A stretch of DNA of 42,647 bases from an uncultured Chloroflexota bacterium (GTDB lineage: Bacteria > Chloroflexota > Dehalococcoidia > Lucifugimonadales > CAJWER01). The stretch lies in NCBI GenBank assembly GCA_913030785.1, contig CAJWER010000001.1, positions 1 to 42,647 of the forward strand, given 5' to 3'. Each line of letters begins with the position of its first letter. Position 1 is the first letter of the stretch. The position numbers were made by a program, and so were the translations under genes. A model generated the notes under the pieces. The model saw nothing but the letters and a program-made list of their open reading frames with translations, did not search any database and was not told the DNA's origin. Below, piece by piece: positions 7,939 through 19,692 of the stretch.

Positions 7939-9153
7939 TTACGGTGTGTTCCAGGTCTGGGGGGGTTGCCAGGTGGCGTGGGGGTAGCTCCCTTCGAGCA
8001 GTGGCGTGTGGGCAGGGTCGAGCAGTGGTGGTGGGGGCAGGTCTTCTTTCTCGGCTGGCAGGAGCTGATCCAGGTTGTGGGTTTCGGTGTTTTTTTGCTG
8101 CACCAGGATGACGAAGTCGCCCAGACCTCCTGGTCTGATGATGTCGCGCATGGCCATCATGTTGGCGTCGCGGTCCGGTTGCGAGAGCTCCATCCTGCGC
8201 AGGGTGTGAAGCCAGCGATTGATCCCGAGGGCGCCCAGAAGGTTTGCCTGGCTGACGATGCCGATACCAACGAGGCCGCTTTCGCCCCCTACTCGGTCAA
8301 GGGCCGCGAAGTCGACGTGGGTGGTGATGTCCTGGGCGCCAATGTGGCTGAGAGGGTCGTTGCCTGCCGTGTGGCTGCGGTGGGTCCGAAGGGTTCCATC
8401 GGGCCGGTGCGGCGAGTAAGGATCGGACCCGGCGTGACCATAGTCGATGGTGACCATGAACCCGCGATCTAGAGCTTGGGATGCCTCATCGATCCATGTC
8501 GCCATGCCCAGGTTGACTTCGCCTCGATACCCCTCGGGCAGTTTGTGGTCAACCCCCGCAACGGCCTGAATCAACTCCGGGGTGTTCGGCTCTTCGAGTA
8601 CCTCGCGTAACTCGCCGTCTTGCAGGGTGATGTATACCTCTCTTGGGATGCCGTCACGGACTTCGAATAGGGCGACGGGGAACGCATCGACCAGCTCGTT
8701 GGAGAGCATGCACCCGACTATGTTACGCAGGGGCACTCCCGTGGCTGCGACCCTATTGGTGGTCGTGGTATCTGGCGCAAGGTTCGGGGTCGGGGATATG
8801 CGATCGAGGACGACGTATCGGATGTTTTGCGCAAGCTGGTCGGAAAGCACTGGGATGAAAGCGGCGATGTCACGGGCAAGGAGTCCATCGCCTGCGCCCA
8901 TCTCTACTACATGGAACGGGGAAGGTCTTTCGAGCGCCTCCCACATATTGCGGAGCATGACTGCGAGTGCTGCTCCAAAAGTGGGGTGGGCGGAGGGACT
9001 GGTGTAGTAGTCGCCGCTCGCACCGACGGGGGAGCCGGACGTGTAGTAGCCGCCTGTCGGGTGGTAGAGGGCGAGTTCCATGAACTCGGCGAACGTGATC
9101 CGGCCATGGACGCCGATGCGGGCTTTGATCTCGGTTTCGGCAGGGTTGGTCAT
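7939..9153 (-). CDS. MidA/NDUFAF7-family class I SAM-dependent methyltransferase (DUF185)
   Basis: 'ITFAEFMELALYHPTGGYYTS....GASGDYYTSP' and SAM-binding 'VVEMGAGDGLLARDI'. Preferred start is ATG 9153 (M29 of ORF 7939-9237). Confidence 0.8.
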   Translation of the reverse strand: MTNPAETEIKARIGVHGRITFAEFMELALYHPTGGYYTSGSPVGASGDYYTSPSAHPTFGAALAVMLRNMWEALERPSPFHVVEMGAGDGLLARDIAAFIPVLSDQLAQNIRYVVLDRISPTPNLAPDTTTTNRVAATGVPLRNIVGCMLSNELVDAFPVALFEVRDGIPREVYITLQDGELREVLEEPNTPELIQAVAGVDHKLPEGYRGEVNLGMATWIDEASQALDRGFMVTIDYGHAGSDPYSPHRPDGTLRTHRSHTAGNDPLSHIGAQDITTHVDFAALDRVGGESGLVGIGIVSQANLLGALGINRWLHTLRRMELSQPDRDANMMAMRDIIRPGGLGDFVILVQQKNTETHNLDQLLPAEKEDLPPPPLLDPAHTPLLEGSYPHATWQPPQTWNTP

Positions 9154-9278
9154 GGGGATACTGCGTGCGTTTTGTGCGGCCGGAGTTGTATGCGCGCCCG
9201 GGGGCTCCGCTAATTTGCGCAAGTCTCTCCCTCTCATAAAGAGGGATTAGCACAAGAGGTGTCCCACTGGCGAATTTG

Positions 9279-9340
9279 TCCTTCGACAAGCTCAGGACGA
9301 ACGGTGAATCTAAGGTTGAGTTCGTGGTGAACCCATCGAG
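9279..9340 (+). repeat. Long A-module repeat copy
   Basis: 'tccttcgacaagctcaggacgaacggtgaatctaaggttgagttcgtggtgaacc' is collinear with 31-96. Confidence 0.7.
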
Positions 9341-9384
9341 TCACGGTTCCAGTTGGCGGTTTTTGAGGCAGAGCCGGTGAATTG

Positions 9385-9579
9385 TCAGGTTTTGGGTTGC
9401 GCTTGCTTGGCTCGACGGTTTTGGGACCCGGACCTGTCCCATCCGGATACGGGCATGGAGTTCTTGAACTCACCGACTTCTCCGCACAGAGTGCACACGC
9501 CCTGGCTAGTTGGTCCGTTAGGACTATCGATCAACCAGCGATGACGACATTCGGTCTCAAGCTCTTCCTGTTTGGTCAC
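9385..9579 (-). CDS. Small Cys/His-containing protein (putative zinc ribbon), function unknown
   Basis: 64-aa ORF with GTG start. Possible C-x-H...C-x-x-C ligand set ('ECRHRW...GVCTLCGE'). No family recognised with certainty. Confidence 0.4.
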   Translation of the reverse strand: MTKQEELETECRHRWLIDSPNGPTSQGVCTLCGEVGEFKNSMPVSGWDRSGSQNRRAKQAQPKT

Positions 9580-9777
9580 GGCAAGTCCCTTCTAGCCGAG
9601 CGCCCCCCTTGGATGGTACGTCGGCTGCTAGTCAGGCTTTTTGAAGAACTCCTCTGGGTCATACCATTTCCTCCGGTTCAGGGGAGAAATAAAAGCATGT
9701 TCGGTCGTGAGGTTGTCCTCACATACTTGGGTTCGGTACTATGCCCGTCTGTGCGCCTCCTCTATGTCAGATGACTG

Positions 9778-10929
9778 CTAATCTCGTTGGTCTATGGGTG
9801 AGTACTCCAAATCTACGGGCCCGGTGTAGAGCAGTCTCGGCCGGAGGATGTCCCTGACCGAGTACTGTTCGAACACGTGGAGTGTCCAGCCGGGCATGCG
9901 TCCAACGGCGAAGAGCGGAACGAAGAGGTCGTCGGGGATGCCGAGCAAGGAGTAGATCGCCCCGGACCACAGGTCCACATTGGGAGCGATACCCCGCTTG
10001 GCCCGCTTCTTCATGGCTTCGGTGTTTGTGACGGCCTCTATGATGGAGAACCATTTGGTCTGTCCGCGCCGTTCGCCAAGTGCTTTGGCCTCGGCTTTTA
10101 GGTGGACGGAACGCGGATCGACATCGTCATAGACAGGGTGACCAAATCCCATTACGCGACCGCGGTTGGCGATGATATTTTCGACGTATGCTTCCGCGTT
10201 CTCTTCGGAGCCAACCTCCTGGGCCATTCGTATGGCGCCTTCGGCTGCTCCGCCGTGTTTGGGGCCCTTGAGCACGGCAACTGCGGCTGTGATGGCCGCC
10301 CAGAAATCGGCCCCGGTGGAGGCGGCCACACGGGCGGCAAAGGCCGACGCGTTGGCGCCGTGCTCCGCATGGAGTATCAGGTCTGTGTCCATGAGGCTTG
10401 TGTCATCAGCGTCCGGTAGTTCGCCGAACAGCATGTAGAGGAAGTTGCCAGCGTGGGTCAATTCCGGATCGGGTTTGATGGGCTCCAGACCGTTCCTGAC
10501 GCGATGGTGAAATGCGACCATCGTGGCGACGGACGAGGTCAGTCGGATACCCTTCTTCAGTGCTCCCCGGGGGGACACATCCAAAATGTCGGGGTCCGAC
10601 AGGCTCATTGCAGAGACTGCCCCACGGAGTACGTCCATGGGATGGGCATTCCGGTAGATCCGGATGATGTCCTGGACCTCTTGCGGAAGCTCGCGGTTTG
10701 CTTTCAGGCTCGCATCGAGTCCGTCGAGTTGCGAGCGTGTGGGCAGGGAGCCGTGCAAGAGGAGATAAGTGGTCTCTTCGAAGGTGGAAAAGCGGGCAAG
10801 ATCGTCGATGTTATAGCCCCGGTAGAGGAGCTTTCCGGGCTTGGCAACGATGAGGCTAGAGGTTGTGCGGTCGAAGTAGCCGTTTTTGAGCCCTTTATTG
10901 AGCTCAATATTCTCTTTCACTACCGCCAT
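9778..10929 (-). CDS. gltA: Citrate synthase
   Basis: 383 aa. Catalytic-region motif 'VMGFGHPVYDDVDPR'. Overall layout typical of the small bacterial/archaeal citrate (or 2-methylcitrate) synthases. Confidence 0.9.
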   Translation of the reverse strand: MAVVKENIELNKGLKNGYFDRTTSSLIVAKPGKLLYRGYNIDDLARFSTFEETTYLLLHGSLPTRSQLDGLDASLKANRELPQEVQDIIRIYRNAHPMDVLRGAVSAMSLSDPDILDVSPRGALKKGIRLTSSVATMVAFHHRVRNGLEPIKPDPELTHAGNFLYMLFGELPDADDTSLMDTDLILHAEHGANASAFAARVAASTGADFWAAITAAVAVLKGPKHGGAAEGAIRMAQEVGSEENAEAYVENIIANRGRVMGFGHPVYDDVDPRSVHLKAEAKALGERRGQTKWFSIIEAVTNTEAMKKRAKRGIAPNVDLWSGAIYSLLGIPDDLFVPLFAVGRMPGWTLHVFEQYSVRDILRPRLLYTGPVDLEYSPIDQRD

Positions 10930-11057
10930 GTCTACCTGTCTCCGACATTCCCGAACAGTAAGCTAGACGGGCGCAAAAATCTCAAAAGACAGGCGTACGC
11001 GAAAGGAACCAAATGCCGCGCCGAAACGGCGTCGCGAGACCCTCCAAGAGCAAGGAA

Positions 11058-11086
11058 ATTCTAGCATTCCACTTCCAAGCTGTCAA
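11058..11086 (-). promoter_or_regulatory. Sigma70-type promoter for citrate synthase
   Basis: On the minus strand: TTGACA (11086-11081), exactly 17 nt spacer, TAGAAT (11063-11058). About 125 nt upstream of the gltA ATG. Confidence 0.6.
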
Positions 11087-11171
11087 GGAAGGGCGATAGT
11101 GGGGCGGGAGGTCGGATTGAGTCGGTGAGATCGGCGGGGCGCTGTTACCCGGCTTTATGGATGGCGAGGGT

Positions 11172-11189
11172 TAGTTATAATATTCACAA
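11172..11189. promoter_or_regulatory. Degenerate Rex-operator-like site upstream of rex (possible autoregulation)
   Basis: 'tagttataatattcacaa': the right half-site TTCACAA is perfect and the left half is 4/7 against TTGTGAA. It abuts the -35 of the rex promoter. Confidence 0.35.
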
Positions 11190-11193
11190 GTCA

Positions 11194-11222
11194 TTGACGA
11201 GGCCGAGGTCAGTCGATACAAT
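11194..11222 (+). promoter_or_regulatory. Sigma70-type promoter for rex
   Basis: TTGACG (11194-11199), 17 nt spacer, TACAAT (11217-11222). 31 nt upstream of the rex ATG. Confidence 0.6.
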
Positions 11223-11252
11223 GCCGTCCATCCAGAGGGTGGCAAATGAGGG

Positions 11253-11906
11253 GTGGCAATGGAGTCTGGCGGAGTTCCCGATGTTGTCGTACTCAGGCTG
11301 CCTCTGTATGTCAGGGCCCTCTCTCAACTGCTAGCCGCTGGGTGCGAGGTCGTTAGTTCACAGAAACTCGGCGGTCTTCTCCAGGTTACCCCTGCGCAAA
11401 TAAGGAAAGATCTCAGCTATTTCGGCAGGTTCGGCAAGCAGGGACGTGGCTACAATGTCCGCTTCCTGCGGGACGAGCTGAAGCAGATTTTGGGCTTGGA
11501 CCGGAAGTGGCACGCGTGCCTCGTGGGCATGGGCTTCCTTGGCCAGGCGATCGTGAACTACCCCGGCTTTGCCCCAGAGGGTTTTGACATTGTGGCGGCT
11601 TTCGACAGCGACGCGGAGATGGTGGGGACGACTGTCCAGGGGTTGACGGTGCAGCCGATGGGAGAGCTTGACGCTCTGGTCCGGGGCGGGAGCATCAGTG
11701 TGGGTGTGGTGGCTGTCCCTGCGGCGCAGGCTCAGGAGGTGATCGACAAGCTAGTCGACGCCGGGGTTCACGGGATTCTGAATTACGCTCCGGTAGCGCC
11801 TCAGGTGCCGACGAGTGTTGTGATCAGGAATATCGACCCGGTGCTTTCGTTGCAGTCGATGACTTTCTATCTATTGAAGGAAGCTGAAAGGGCGTCTGGG
11901 CGCTAG
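11253..11906 (+). CDS. rex: Redox-sensing transcriptional repressor Rex
   Basis: 217 aa. N-terminal winged-helix 'RLPLYVRALSQLLAAGCEVVSSQKLGGLLQVTPAQIRKDLSYFGRFGKQGRGYNV' and a Rossmann-type NADH domain ('ACLVGMGFLGQAI'). Confidence 0.9.
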   Translation: MAMESGGVPDVVVLRLPLYVRALSQLLAAGCEVVSSQKLGGLLQVTPAQIRKDLSYFGRFGKQGRGYNVRFLRDELKQILGLDRKWHACLVGMGFLGQAIVNYPGFAPEGFDIVAAFDSDAEMVGTTVQGLTVQPMGELDALVRGGSISVGVVAVPAAQAQEVIDKLVDAGVHGILNYAPVAPQVPTSVVIRNIDPVLSLQSMTFYLLKEAERASGR

Positions 11907-11945
11907 TCCCGACCGCCTCTTGTTCGAGGAGTGAAGGTCGTAGTT

Positions 11946-11994
11946 GTGGGGGCACCCTCACACACTGCTGAGGGCACGCCCCTCTGCAGTCCCC
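11946..11994 (+). repeat. B-type repeat copy between convergent rex and atpC
   Basis: 'gtgggggcaccctcacacactgctgagggcacgcccctctgcagtcccc': hairpin gtggggg/ccctcac plus the conserved 'gcccctctgca' tail. Confidence 0.7.
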
Positions 11995-12062
11995 TTGTTC
12001 AGTGGCACTGCCATAGGTGACGACGTGTGTCGCTACGCGGGTCACAATAGCGCCTGTGGCGT

Positions 12063-12479
12063 CTACAGCGGGCGATTACGCCGGCGACGGGCGACTTTGA
12101 TGCGTGCCTGGGACCTTCGCAGGGAGGCCAGGGCCCTATGCAGATCCATGTCGACAGGCGCAGAGGCTATGCGTTCTTGCGCGGCCTTGAGGGCTGCCTC
12201 GGCCCGCTCAATGTCGATCTCATCAAGTCGTTCGGCGGTGTCGGCCAGGATGGTGACTTTCTCGGGCATGACTTCCATGAATCCGCCGCTGACGGCGATG
12301 AAGCTGTCTTCCCCGTCCTTGACTACGCGAATCTCGCCCGGCTTGAGAACGGTCAGCAGCGGGGCGTGGCTCGGTAGGATCGCCATTTCGCCCTCGACGC
12401 CAGGAGCCACTAGCAAGTCGACCTGGTTGGACGAGACGTGCCTCTCGGCGCTGACTATGTCTAGCTGGAATGTTGGCAC
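12063..12479 (-). CDS. atpC: F1 ATP synthase epsilon subunit
   Basis: 138 aa, 'LDIVSAERHV...' N-terminal beta-sandwich pattern. Position is last in the atp operon. Confidence 0.9.
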   Translation of the reverse strand: MPTFQLDIVSAERHVSSNQVDLLVAPGVEGEMAILPSHAPLLTVLKPGEIRVVKDGEDSFIAVSGGFMEVMPEKVTILADTAERLDEIDIERAEAALKAAQERIASAPVDMDLHRALASLRRSQARIKVARRRRNRPL

Positions 12480-12485
12480 GGCCGG

Positions 12486-14823
<2,338 letters not shown>

Positions 14824-14849
14824 ATGGTCCTTTCGACCATCTCCTTGCC

Positions 14850-14937
14850 CCATTCCTATCCAGGAAGGGGTTCAAGAGAGGGTTATGGGGGTTCCCCCCC
14901 AGTCCTCTGCCAGAGGGTTCTACCTCTGGACTTTCTG
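14850..14937 (+). repeat. C-type repeat copy inside the atp operon (atpA|atpG spacer)
   Basis: 'tgggggttccccccc' hairpin plus 'ccagagggttctacctctggac' hairpin. Collinear with 7729-7784, 26883-26933 and 21510-21539. Confidence 0.65.
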
Positions 14938-15019
14938 CATTGTCAGTACTGCTCACTTCGGTGCCGATCTGGCTTCCTGTCCGTTTGTGGAGAGGAATGA
15001 GGTGAGGGTGAGTTGTTGG

Positions 15020-16531
15020 CTAGTATGGCACGCTCGACTTGAATTCTTCGCCTGCCTTTGTGAGGGCTTCGGCGGTCTCGTCGGTGATGTTTTTCGTATC
15101 TGCGATGCTCTTGAGAATCTCGGGATGGCTGGCTTCGAGAAAGCTCTGGAAGCCCTTCTCGAAGTCGGCTACCTTCGTCAGGTCGACATCGTCCAGGATG
15201 CCGTTGATCAGTGCGAACAGGACGCATACCTCCTGCTCAAGGGAGAAGGGCGCGTCCTGGACCTGTTTTAGGACCTCGACGGCCCGCTGCCCACGTTCGA
15301 GCTGGGCACGTGTAGCCGCGTCCAGGTCGGATGTGCCGAACTGGGCGAAGGTGGCAAGCTCGCGGTACTGGGCCAGCTCCAGGCGGAGCCTCCCTGCTAC
15401 GCTCTTCATGGCCTTGCTCTGGGCGGCGCTGCCGACTCGTGAGACGGAGAGGCCGGCGTTGACGGCGGGCCTCATGCCCGACATGAACAGCTCCGGCTCG
15501 AGGTATATCTGGCCGTCTGTGATGGAGATGACGTTGGTGGGAACGTAGGCCGAGACGTCGCCTAAGAGTGTCTCAATGATGGGCAGTGCGGTCATCGACC
15601 CGCCCCCGAGTTCAGGAGAGAGCCTGGCGGACCTTTCGAGGAGGCGGCTATGCACGTAGAAGACGTCGCCTGGATACGCTTCGCGGCCCGGAGGGCGCCT
15701 GAGCAGCAGGGACATCTGCCTGTAGGCCCATGCGTGTTTCGATAGGTCGTCGTAGACGATCAGAGCGTCCTGGCCGTTGTACATGAACTCTTCTGCCATC
15801 GCACATCCGGCGTAGGGGGCGAGGAACTGCAATGGGGCCGGGTCGGAGGCGCTGGCGGACACTACGATAGTGTGTTCCATGGCGCCATTTTCTTCTAGAA
15901 GGGCGACTGTCTGGGCTACTTTCCCGATCTTCTGGCCTATTGCGACGTAGACGCAGAATAAGTCTCCACCCTTTTGGTTGATGATGGCGTCGGTGGCAAG
16001 TGTGGTTTTGCCGATGCCCCGGTCGCCGATGATCAGTTCGCGCTGTCCACGGCCAATGGCGACCATCGCATCGATGGCTTTGATTCCGGTCTGGACCGGG
16101 ACGGTGACGGATTGTCGCGCAGCCACGCCGGGGGCGACGATCTCGGCCGGGCGGGTCTTAATGGACTTGATTGGGCCTTTGCCGTCGATGGGCCTGCCGA
16201 GTGGGTCGACGACGCGTCCTAGGAACTCTTTGCCGACGGGCAGCTCAGCGACGCGCCCGGTGCTGCGTACCTCGGTGCCTTCTTGCACAGAGAGCGGGTC
16301 GCCCAGTATTACTGCGCCGACGCCGTCCTCTTCGAGGTTGAGGGCCATGCCGACGGTGCCTCCCTCAAACTCGATCAGCTCGGTGGAGCCAACTCCGGAG
16401 AGGCCGTGAATCCTGGCGATGCCGTCACCGACTTCGACGACGACGCCTACGTCGGTCATCGTGAGATCTTGACCGAACTCCTCGATCTGCCGTTTGATAA
16501 CGGACGCTATGTCCTGTCCTCTTACTGCCAT
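15020..16531 (-). CDS. atpA: F1 ATP synthase alpha subunit
   Basis: 503 aa. P-loop 'GDRGIGKT', '[12 protein letters not shown]', '[13 protein letters not shown]'. Confidence 0.98.
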   Translation of the reverse strand: MAVRGQDIASVIKRQIEEFGQDLTMTDVGVVVEVGDGIARIHGLSGVGSTELIEFEGGTVGMALNLEEDGVGAVILGDPLSVQEGTEVRSTGRVAELPVGKEFLGRVVDPLGRPIDGKGPIKSIKTRPAEIVAPGVAARQSVTVPVQTGIKAIDAMVAIGRGQRELIIGDRGIGKTTLATDAIINQKGGDLFCVYVAIGQKIGKVAQTVALLEENGAMEHTIVVSASASDPAPLQFLAPYAGCAMAEEFMYNGQDALIVYDDLSKHAWAYRQMSLLLRRPPGREAYPGDVFYVHSRLLERSARLSPELGGGSMTALPIIETLLGDVSAYVPTNVISITDGQIYLEPELFMSGMRPAVNAGLSVSRVGSAAQSKAMKSVAGRLRLELAQYRELATFAQFGTSDLDAATRAQLERGQRAVEVLKQVQDAPFSLEQEVCVLFALINGILDDVDLTKVADFEKGFQSFLEASHPEILKSIADTKNITDETAEALTKAGEEFKSSVPY

Positions 16532-16580
16532 CGCTGCCTCCCTAAGAGCAACTGCCCTGCCAAGACGGATTTAGGGCTGG

Positions 16581-16627
16581 GTCTGAGGGCCTTCCTCAGA
16601 CAACTGGCAAGGGGACTAGTCCCCTTG
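16581..16627. other. Two adjacent perfect palindromes in the atpH|atpA spacer
   Basis: 'gtctgagg gcctt cctcagac' (16581-16601, 8-bp stem) and the 20-bp perfect palindrome 'caaggggactagtccccttg' (16608-16627). Confidence 0.8.
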
Positions 16628-16637
16628 CTTATGTGGT

Positions 16638-17180
16638 TCAGTTTATTTGCTCGACGACTGTGCGGCGCATACCCTGGAGCTTGGTCCGCAGACTTCCATC
16701 GATGACGCGGTCTCCCACACGGGCGACCAGGCCTCCGAGGATGTTCGGATCTACGCCTGTGGACAGGCGAACGTCCTTGTCAACCAGTTTGACCAGGACC
16801 GCATTGATGGCGGCTTCCTGGTCCTGGTCCAGCGGCGTGGCTGATATGACCTCTGCACGCTCGATGCCATTGTGGCTGTCGACGAGGGTCTCGAAGGTCT
16901 CGATGATTCCTGGAACCAGGTTCGCGAGGTTCCTGGTTGCCAGAAGCGCCAGCAGGTTGGCCGCGAGCGGGTCGACGGCGTCGCCAAGAACTGTCTCGAC
17001 CGTCTCGATCTTGATCGCTGCTGGAACCTGCGGAGAGTCGAGCAACCCTGCCAATCCTTTGTTTTCGAGGGCGGTGGCGACGGTGCGCAGGTTATCTGAC
17101 CAGGCGTCGAGCTGGCCCGATTCGGTTGCGATCTGGAAGACCGCCTGAGCGTATCGTCTTGGTGAAGCGGCCCTTGGCAT
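16638..17180 (-). CDS. atpH: F1 ATP synthase delta (OSCP) subunit
   Basis: 180 aa. 'RRYAQAVFQIA' N-terminus and C-terminal 'VIDGSLRTKLQ' are typical of delta. Operon position supports the call. Confidence 0.9.
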   Translation of the reverse strand: MPRAASPRRYAQAVFQIATESGQLDAWSDNLRTVATALENKGLAGLLDSPQVPAAIKIETVETVLGDAVDPLAANLLALLATRNLANLVPGIIETFETLVDSHNGIERAEVISATPLDQDQEAAINAVLVKLVDKDVRLSTGVDPNILGGLVARVGDRVIDGSLRTKLQGMRRTVVEQIN

Positions 17181-17219
17181 GTTTTGCTCCGATGTCGCGG
17201 CGTGGTGACAGGCGTGAGC

Positions 17220-17720
17220 CTACTTGCCGGAGATCTTGGAGCCCTCCTCAAGAACCTGCTCTATTAGCTCTCGGTGTGAATCACCGTCGAGGGAGCGGTG
17301 TATCACTTTCTCCGCGGCGGTGATGGCTAGGCCGGCGAATTCGCTGCGGAGTTCCTCAATGGCGGAATCGCGTTCCCGTTGTATGCTGGCCTCGGCCCGC
17401 TCTCGCTCTGCGGCGATTTCGGCTCGGGCCTTACCCAGTTCCTCTTCGCGGAAGCGGTCGGCAACCTCACGGGCCTGGACGATCATCGCCTGGCTCTCGG
17501 CGCGTGCCTCGGTGAACTGTGCCTCGACGGCCTCTGAAGACCGCGCGGCATCGTCTCGAGCCCTCTCGGCGGTCTCCAGACTCTCTTTTATCTTTTCCGC
17601 ACGCTGGTCGAGCATGCGCAGGATCGGTTTGTAGAGCACGGCGTAGAGCAGCACAAATAGTAGTGTGAAGCTCACGAGCTGTGTCAACAGGCCGGATAGG
17701 TTTATTCCAAGTGCATCCAT
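17220..17720 (-). CDS. atpF: Fo ATP synthase subunit b
   Basis: Single N-terminal TM ('LLTQLVSFTLLFVLLYAVLYKPI') followed by a long charged helix. Preferred start is ATG 17720 (M19 of ORF 17220-17774). Confidence 0.9.
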   Translation of the reverse strand: MDALGINLSGLLTQLVSFTLLFVLLYAVLYKPILRMLDQRAEKIKESLETAERARDDAARSSEAVEAQFTEARAESQAMIVQAREVADRFREEELGKARAEIAAERERAEASIQRERDSAIEELRSEFAGLAITAAEKVIHRSLDGDSHRELIEQVLEEGSKISGK

Positions 17721-17852
17721 AATCTTGCTCTCAGCCTCAGCGGCGCCCCTGTCCCAATGGAGAACTGGAGGCACAACCAGGCAACTCCGGCAATGGCCAG
17801 CGCGCCGGCCGCTCAGGCCACGCCTACGTCGTAAGCCGATTGGCCGTCGCTG

Positions 17853-18083
<231 letters not shown>

Positions 18084-18355
18084 TTACTCCTTAGACTCTT
18101 CTAATTTCGATTTGGGGCTGGGGCCCACCGATTCTATCACTTGCTCACAGATTCGCGGGAGACCTCTCCCGAAGCACAGGGTAATGGTAGGAGCGTGAGG
18201 GAAACCCTCTTGTTATCGGCAGACGGGCTGCGACCCTCTGCTCTCCCTTTACTCAGACCCTGCTATGGACCTATATGTAGTGTGTGACTCCCTATCGACA
18301 GTGCTCGGGACGCACCGAGTCTATTCCCCTTGCAATCCCCTTTGGCGGCAGGCCG

Positions 18356-19417
18356 TCAATGGTCCTCTGATCCGTGGGATATGGAGGCCGATGCGGCGAA
18401 TACGAGGGTCAGCATCGAGAATATAAACGCTTGAATCAGGCCGACAAACAGCTCGAGACCGAGGAACGGCACTAAGCCGACGAGCGGTATCAGGAACGCC
18501 ATCGCGATGAGCAGAACCTCGCCCGCGAAGATATTGCCGAATAGGCGGAAGGTGAAGCTGATGACTCGGGCAGCCTCGCCAATGGCTTCGAGGACACCGA
18601 CGAAGACGCCTATCGGTCCCTCCTTGAAGTTCAGAAATTTGCCAACATGTCCGAATACGCCAAGGCTGCGCAGCCCCCAGAAGTGGACCATGAACATCGC
18701 GATGATCGCCATAGAAAGCGGGGTATTGATATCGGTGTTGGCGCTCCTGAAGAAGGGGATCAGGATCCCGGCCCGCTTCCCGTCGTCGACCCCGTGCTCT
18801 TCGAACTCCTCAAGGGTCACAGTGTTGTCGATGGAGCCCAGTGACAGCAGAGCCAACCCGCCGTCGCCGTCGAATACCTGCAAATTGACGGAGCCGAGGT
18901 CTAGGTCGTGAGGGTCGTCGAGGGCAGCCTCCTTGTGATGCTTGACCTCTTCGGGAGACTCGACCCATCCGATCGTTCCGACGCCCGGGAGGATGCCCAG
19001 CCAGTTGGAGGTGACTATGAACAGGAATATGGTGGTGGCCAGGGGGAAGAATCGGCGGGCGTTCTTGGGCCCTGCCACGCTTTCGGCCAAGCTGAGGAAG
19101 AACTCGATGATGATTTCGAGGAATCCCTGCAGTCTGGACGGGATCTCAGTCGCTCGGCGTGTGCCAAGGAAGGAGATGAGGCCGAGGATGACGATGGCTA
19201 TCCAGGTGTTGACCATCGTGTTGGTGATCTTGAAGTCGCCGATGATGGGGTCGGGGCCTATGGGCTCAGCCTTGAGCTCGATTGGGGCAAGGGGAGCGCC
19301 GAGGAAGCCGCCGCCAAACTGGTTGCCCAGTGCGCCGCCTGCGAGGCCGAGTATGAATAGGATACCTACCGCGATTACGGCGGTGAGCATCTTGGGGTTA
19401 CCGAGGAGGCTTGACAC
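18356..19417 (-). CDS. atpB: Fo ATP synthase subunit a, with an unusually long loop insertion
   Basis: 353 aa. Essential-Arg motif 'RLFGNIFAGE' and 'SANTDINTPLSMAI'. About 70 extra acidic residues (aa ~151-219) lie between 'NWLGILPG' and 'PFFRSANTD'. GTG start overlaps the atpZ stop by 1 nt. Confidence 0.9.
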   Translation of the reverse strand: MSSLLGNPKMLTAVIAVGILFILGLAGGALGNQFGGGFLGAPLAPIELKAEPIGPDPIIGDFKITNTMVNTWIAIVILGLISFLGTRRATEIPSRLQGFLEIIIEFFLSLAESVAGPKNARRFFPLATTIFLFIVTSNWLGILPGVGTIGWVESPEEVKHHKEAALDDPHDLDLGSVNLQVFDGDGGLALLSLGSIDNTVTLEEFEEHGVDDGKRAGILIPFFRSANTDINTPLSMAIIAMFMVHFWGLRSLGVFGHVGKFLNFKEGPIGVFVGVLEAIGEAARVISFTFRLFGNIFAGEVLLIAMAFLIPLVGLVPFLGLELFVGLIQAFIFSMLTLVFAASASISHGSEDH

Positions 19418-19644
19418 TATTGTTTACTTTGGTCCTCGGGATCAGGTCCCTCGGATACGACGGCCATTAACATTCGATACATTCCGATTCCCGCTATGAT
19501 CAAACCCGCACCGAGGCCCAGTAATGTGAGCATTGGCTTTGAGCCTAGACGGCCGTCGAGCCAGATTCCACCGAACCCGCCTCCCAGGAGGCAGAGCGCG
19601 ACGTACCATCCAATGCCTGTAATTCGTAGTACGGTCCTCATCAA
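19417..19644 (-). CDS. atpZ: AtpZ/AtpI-family small membrane protein (first gene of the atp operon)
   Basis: 75 aa, two TM helices, 'GIGWYVALCLLGGGFGGIWLD' is typical of the ATPase_gene1 family. Sits immediately upstream of atpB. Confidence 0.7.
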   Translation of the reverse strand: MMRTVLRITGIGWYVALCLLGGGFGGIWLDGRLGSKPMLTLLGLGAGLIIAGIGMYRMLMAVVSEGPDPEDQSKQ

Positions 19645-19674
19645 ATGTGCCCCTGGAAGGGTTCTCGACGAGGT

Positions 19675-19692
19675 TTGTGGATTGTATCACAA
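19675..19692. promoter_or_regulatory. Rex operator overlapping the -10 of the atp operon promoter
   Basis: 'ttgtggattgtatcacaa' matches TTGTGAA-N4-TTCACAA at 12 of the 14 specified positions. It contains the TACAAT -10 box on the minus strand. Confidence 0.65.
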
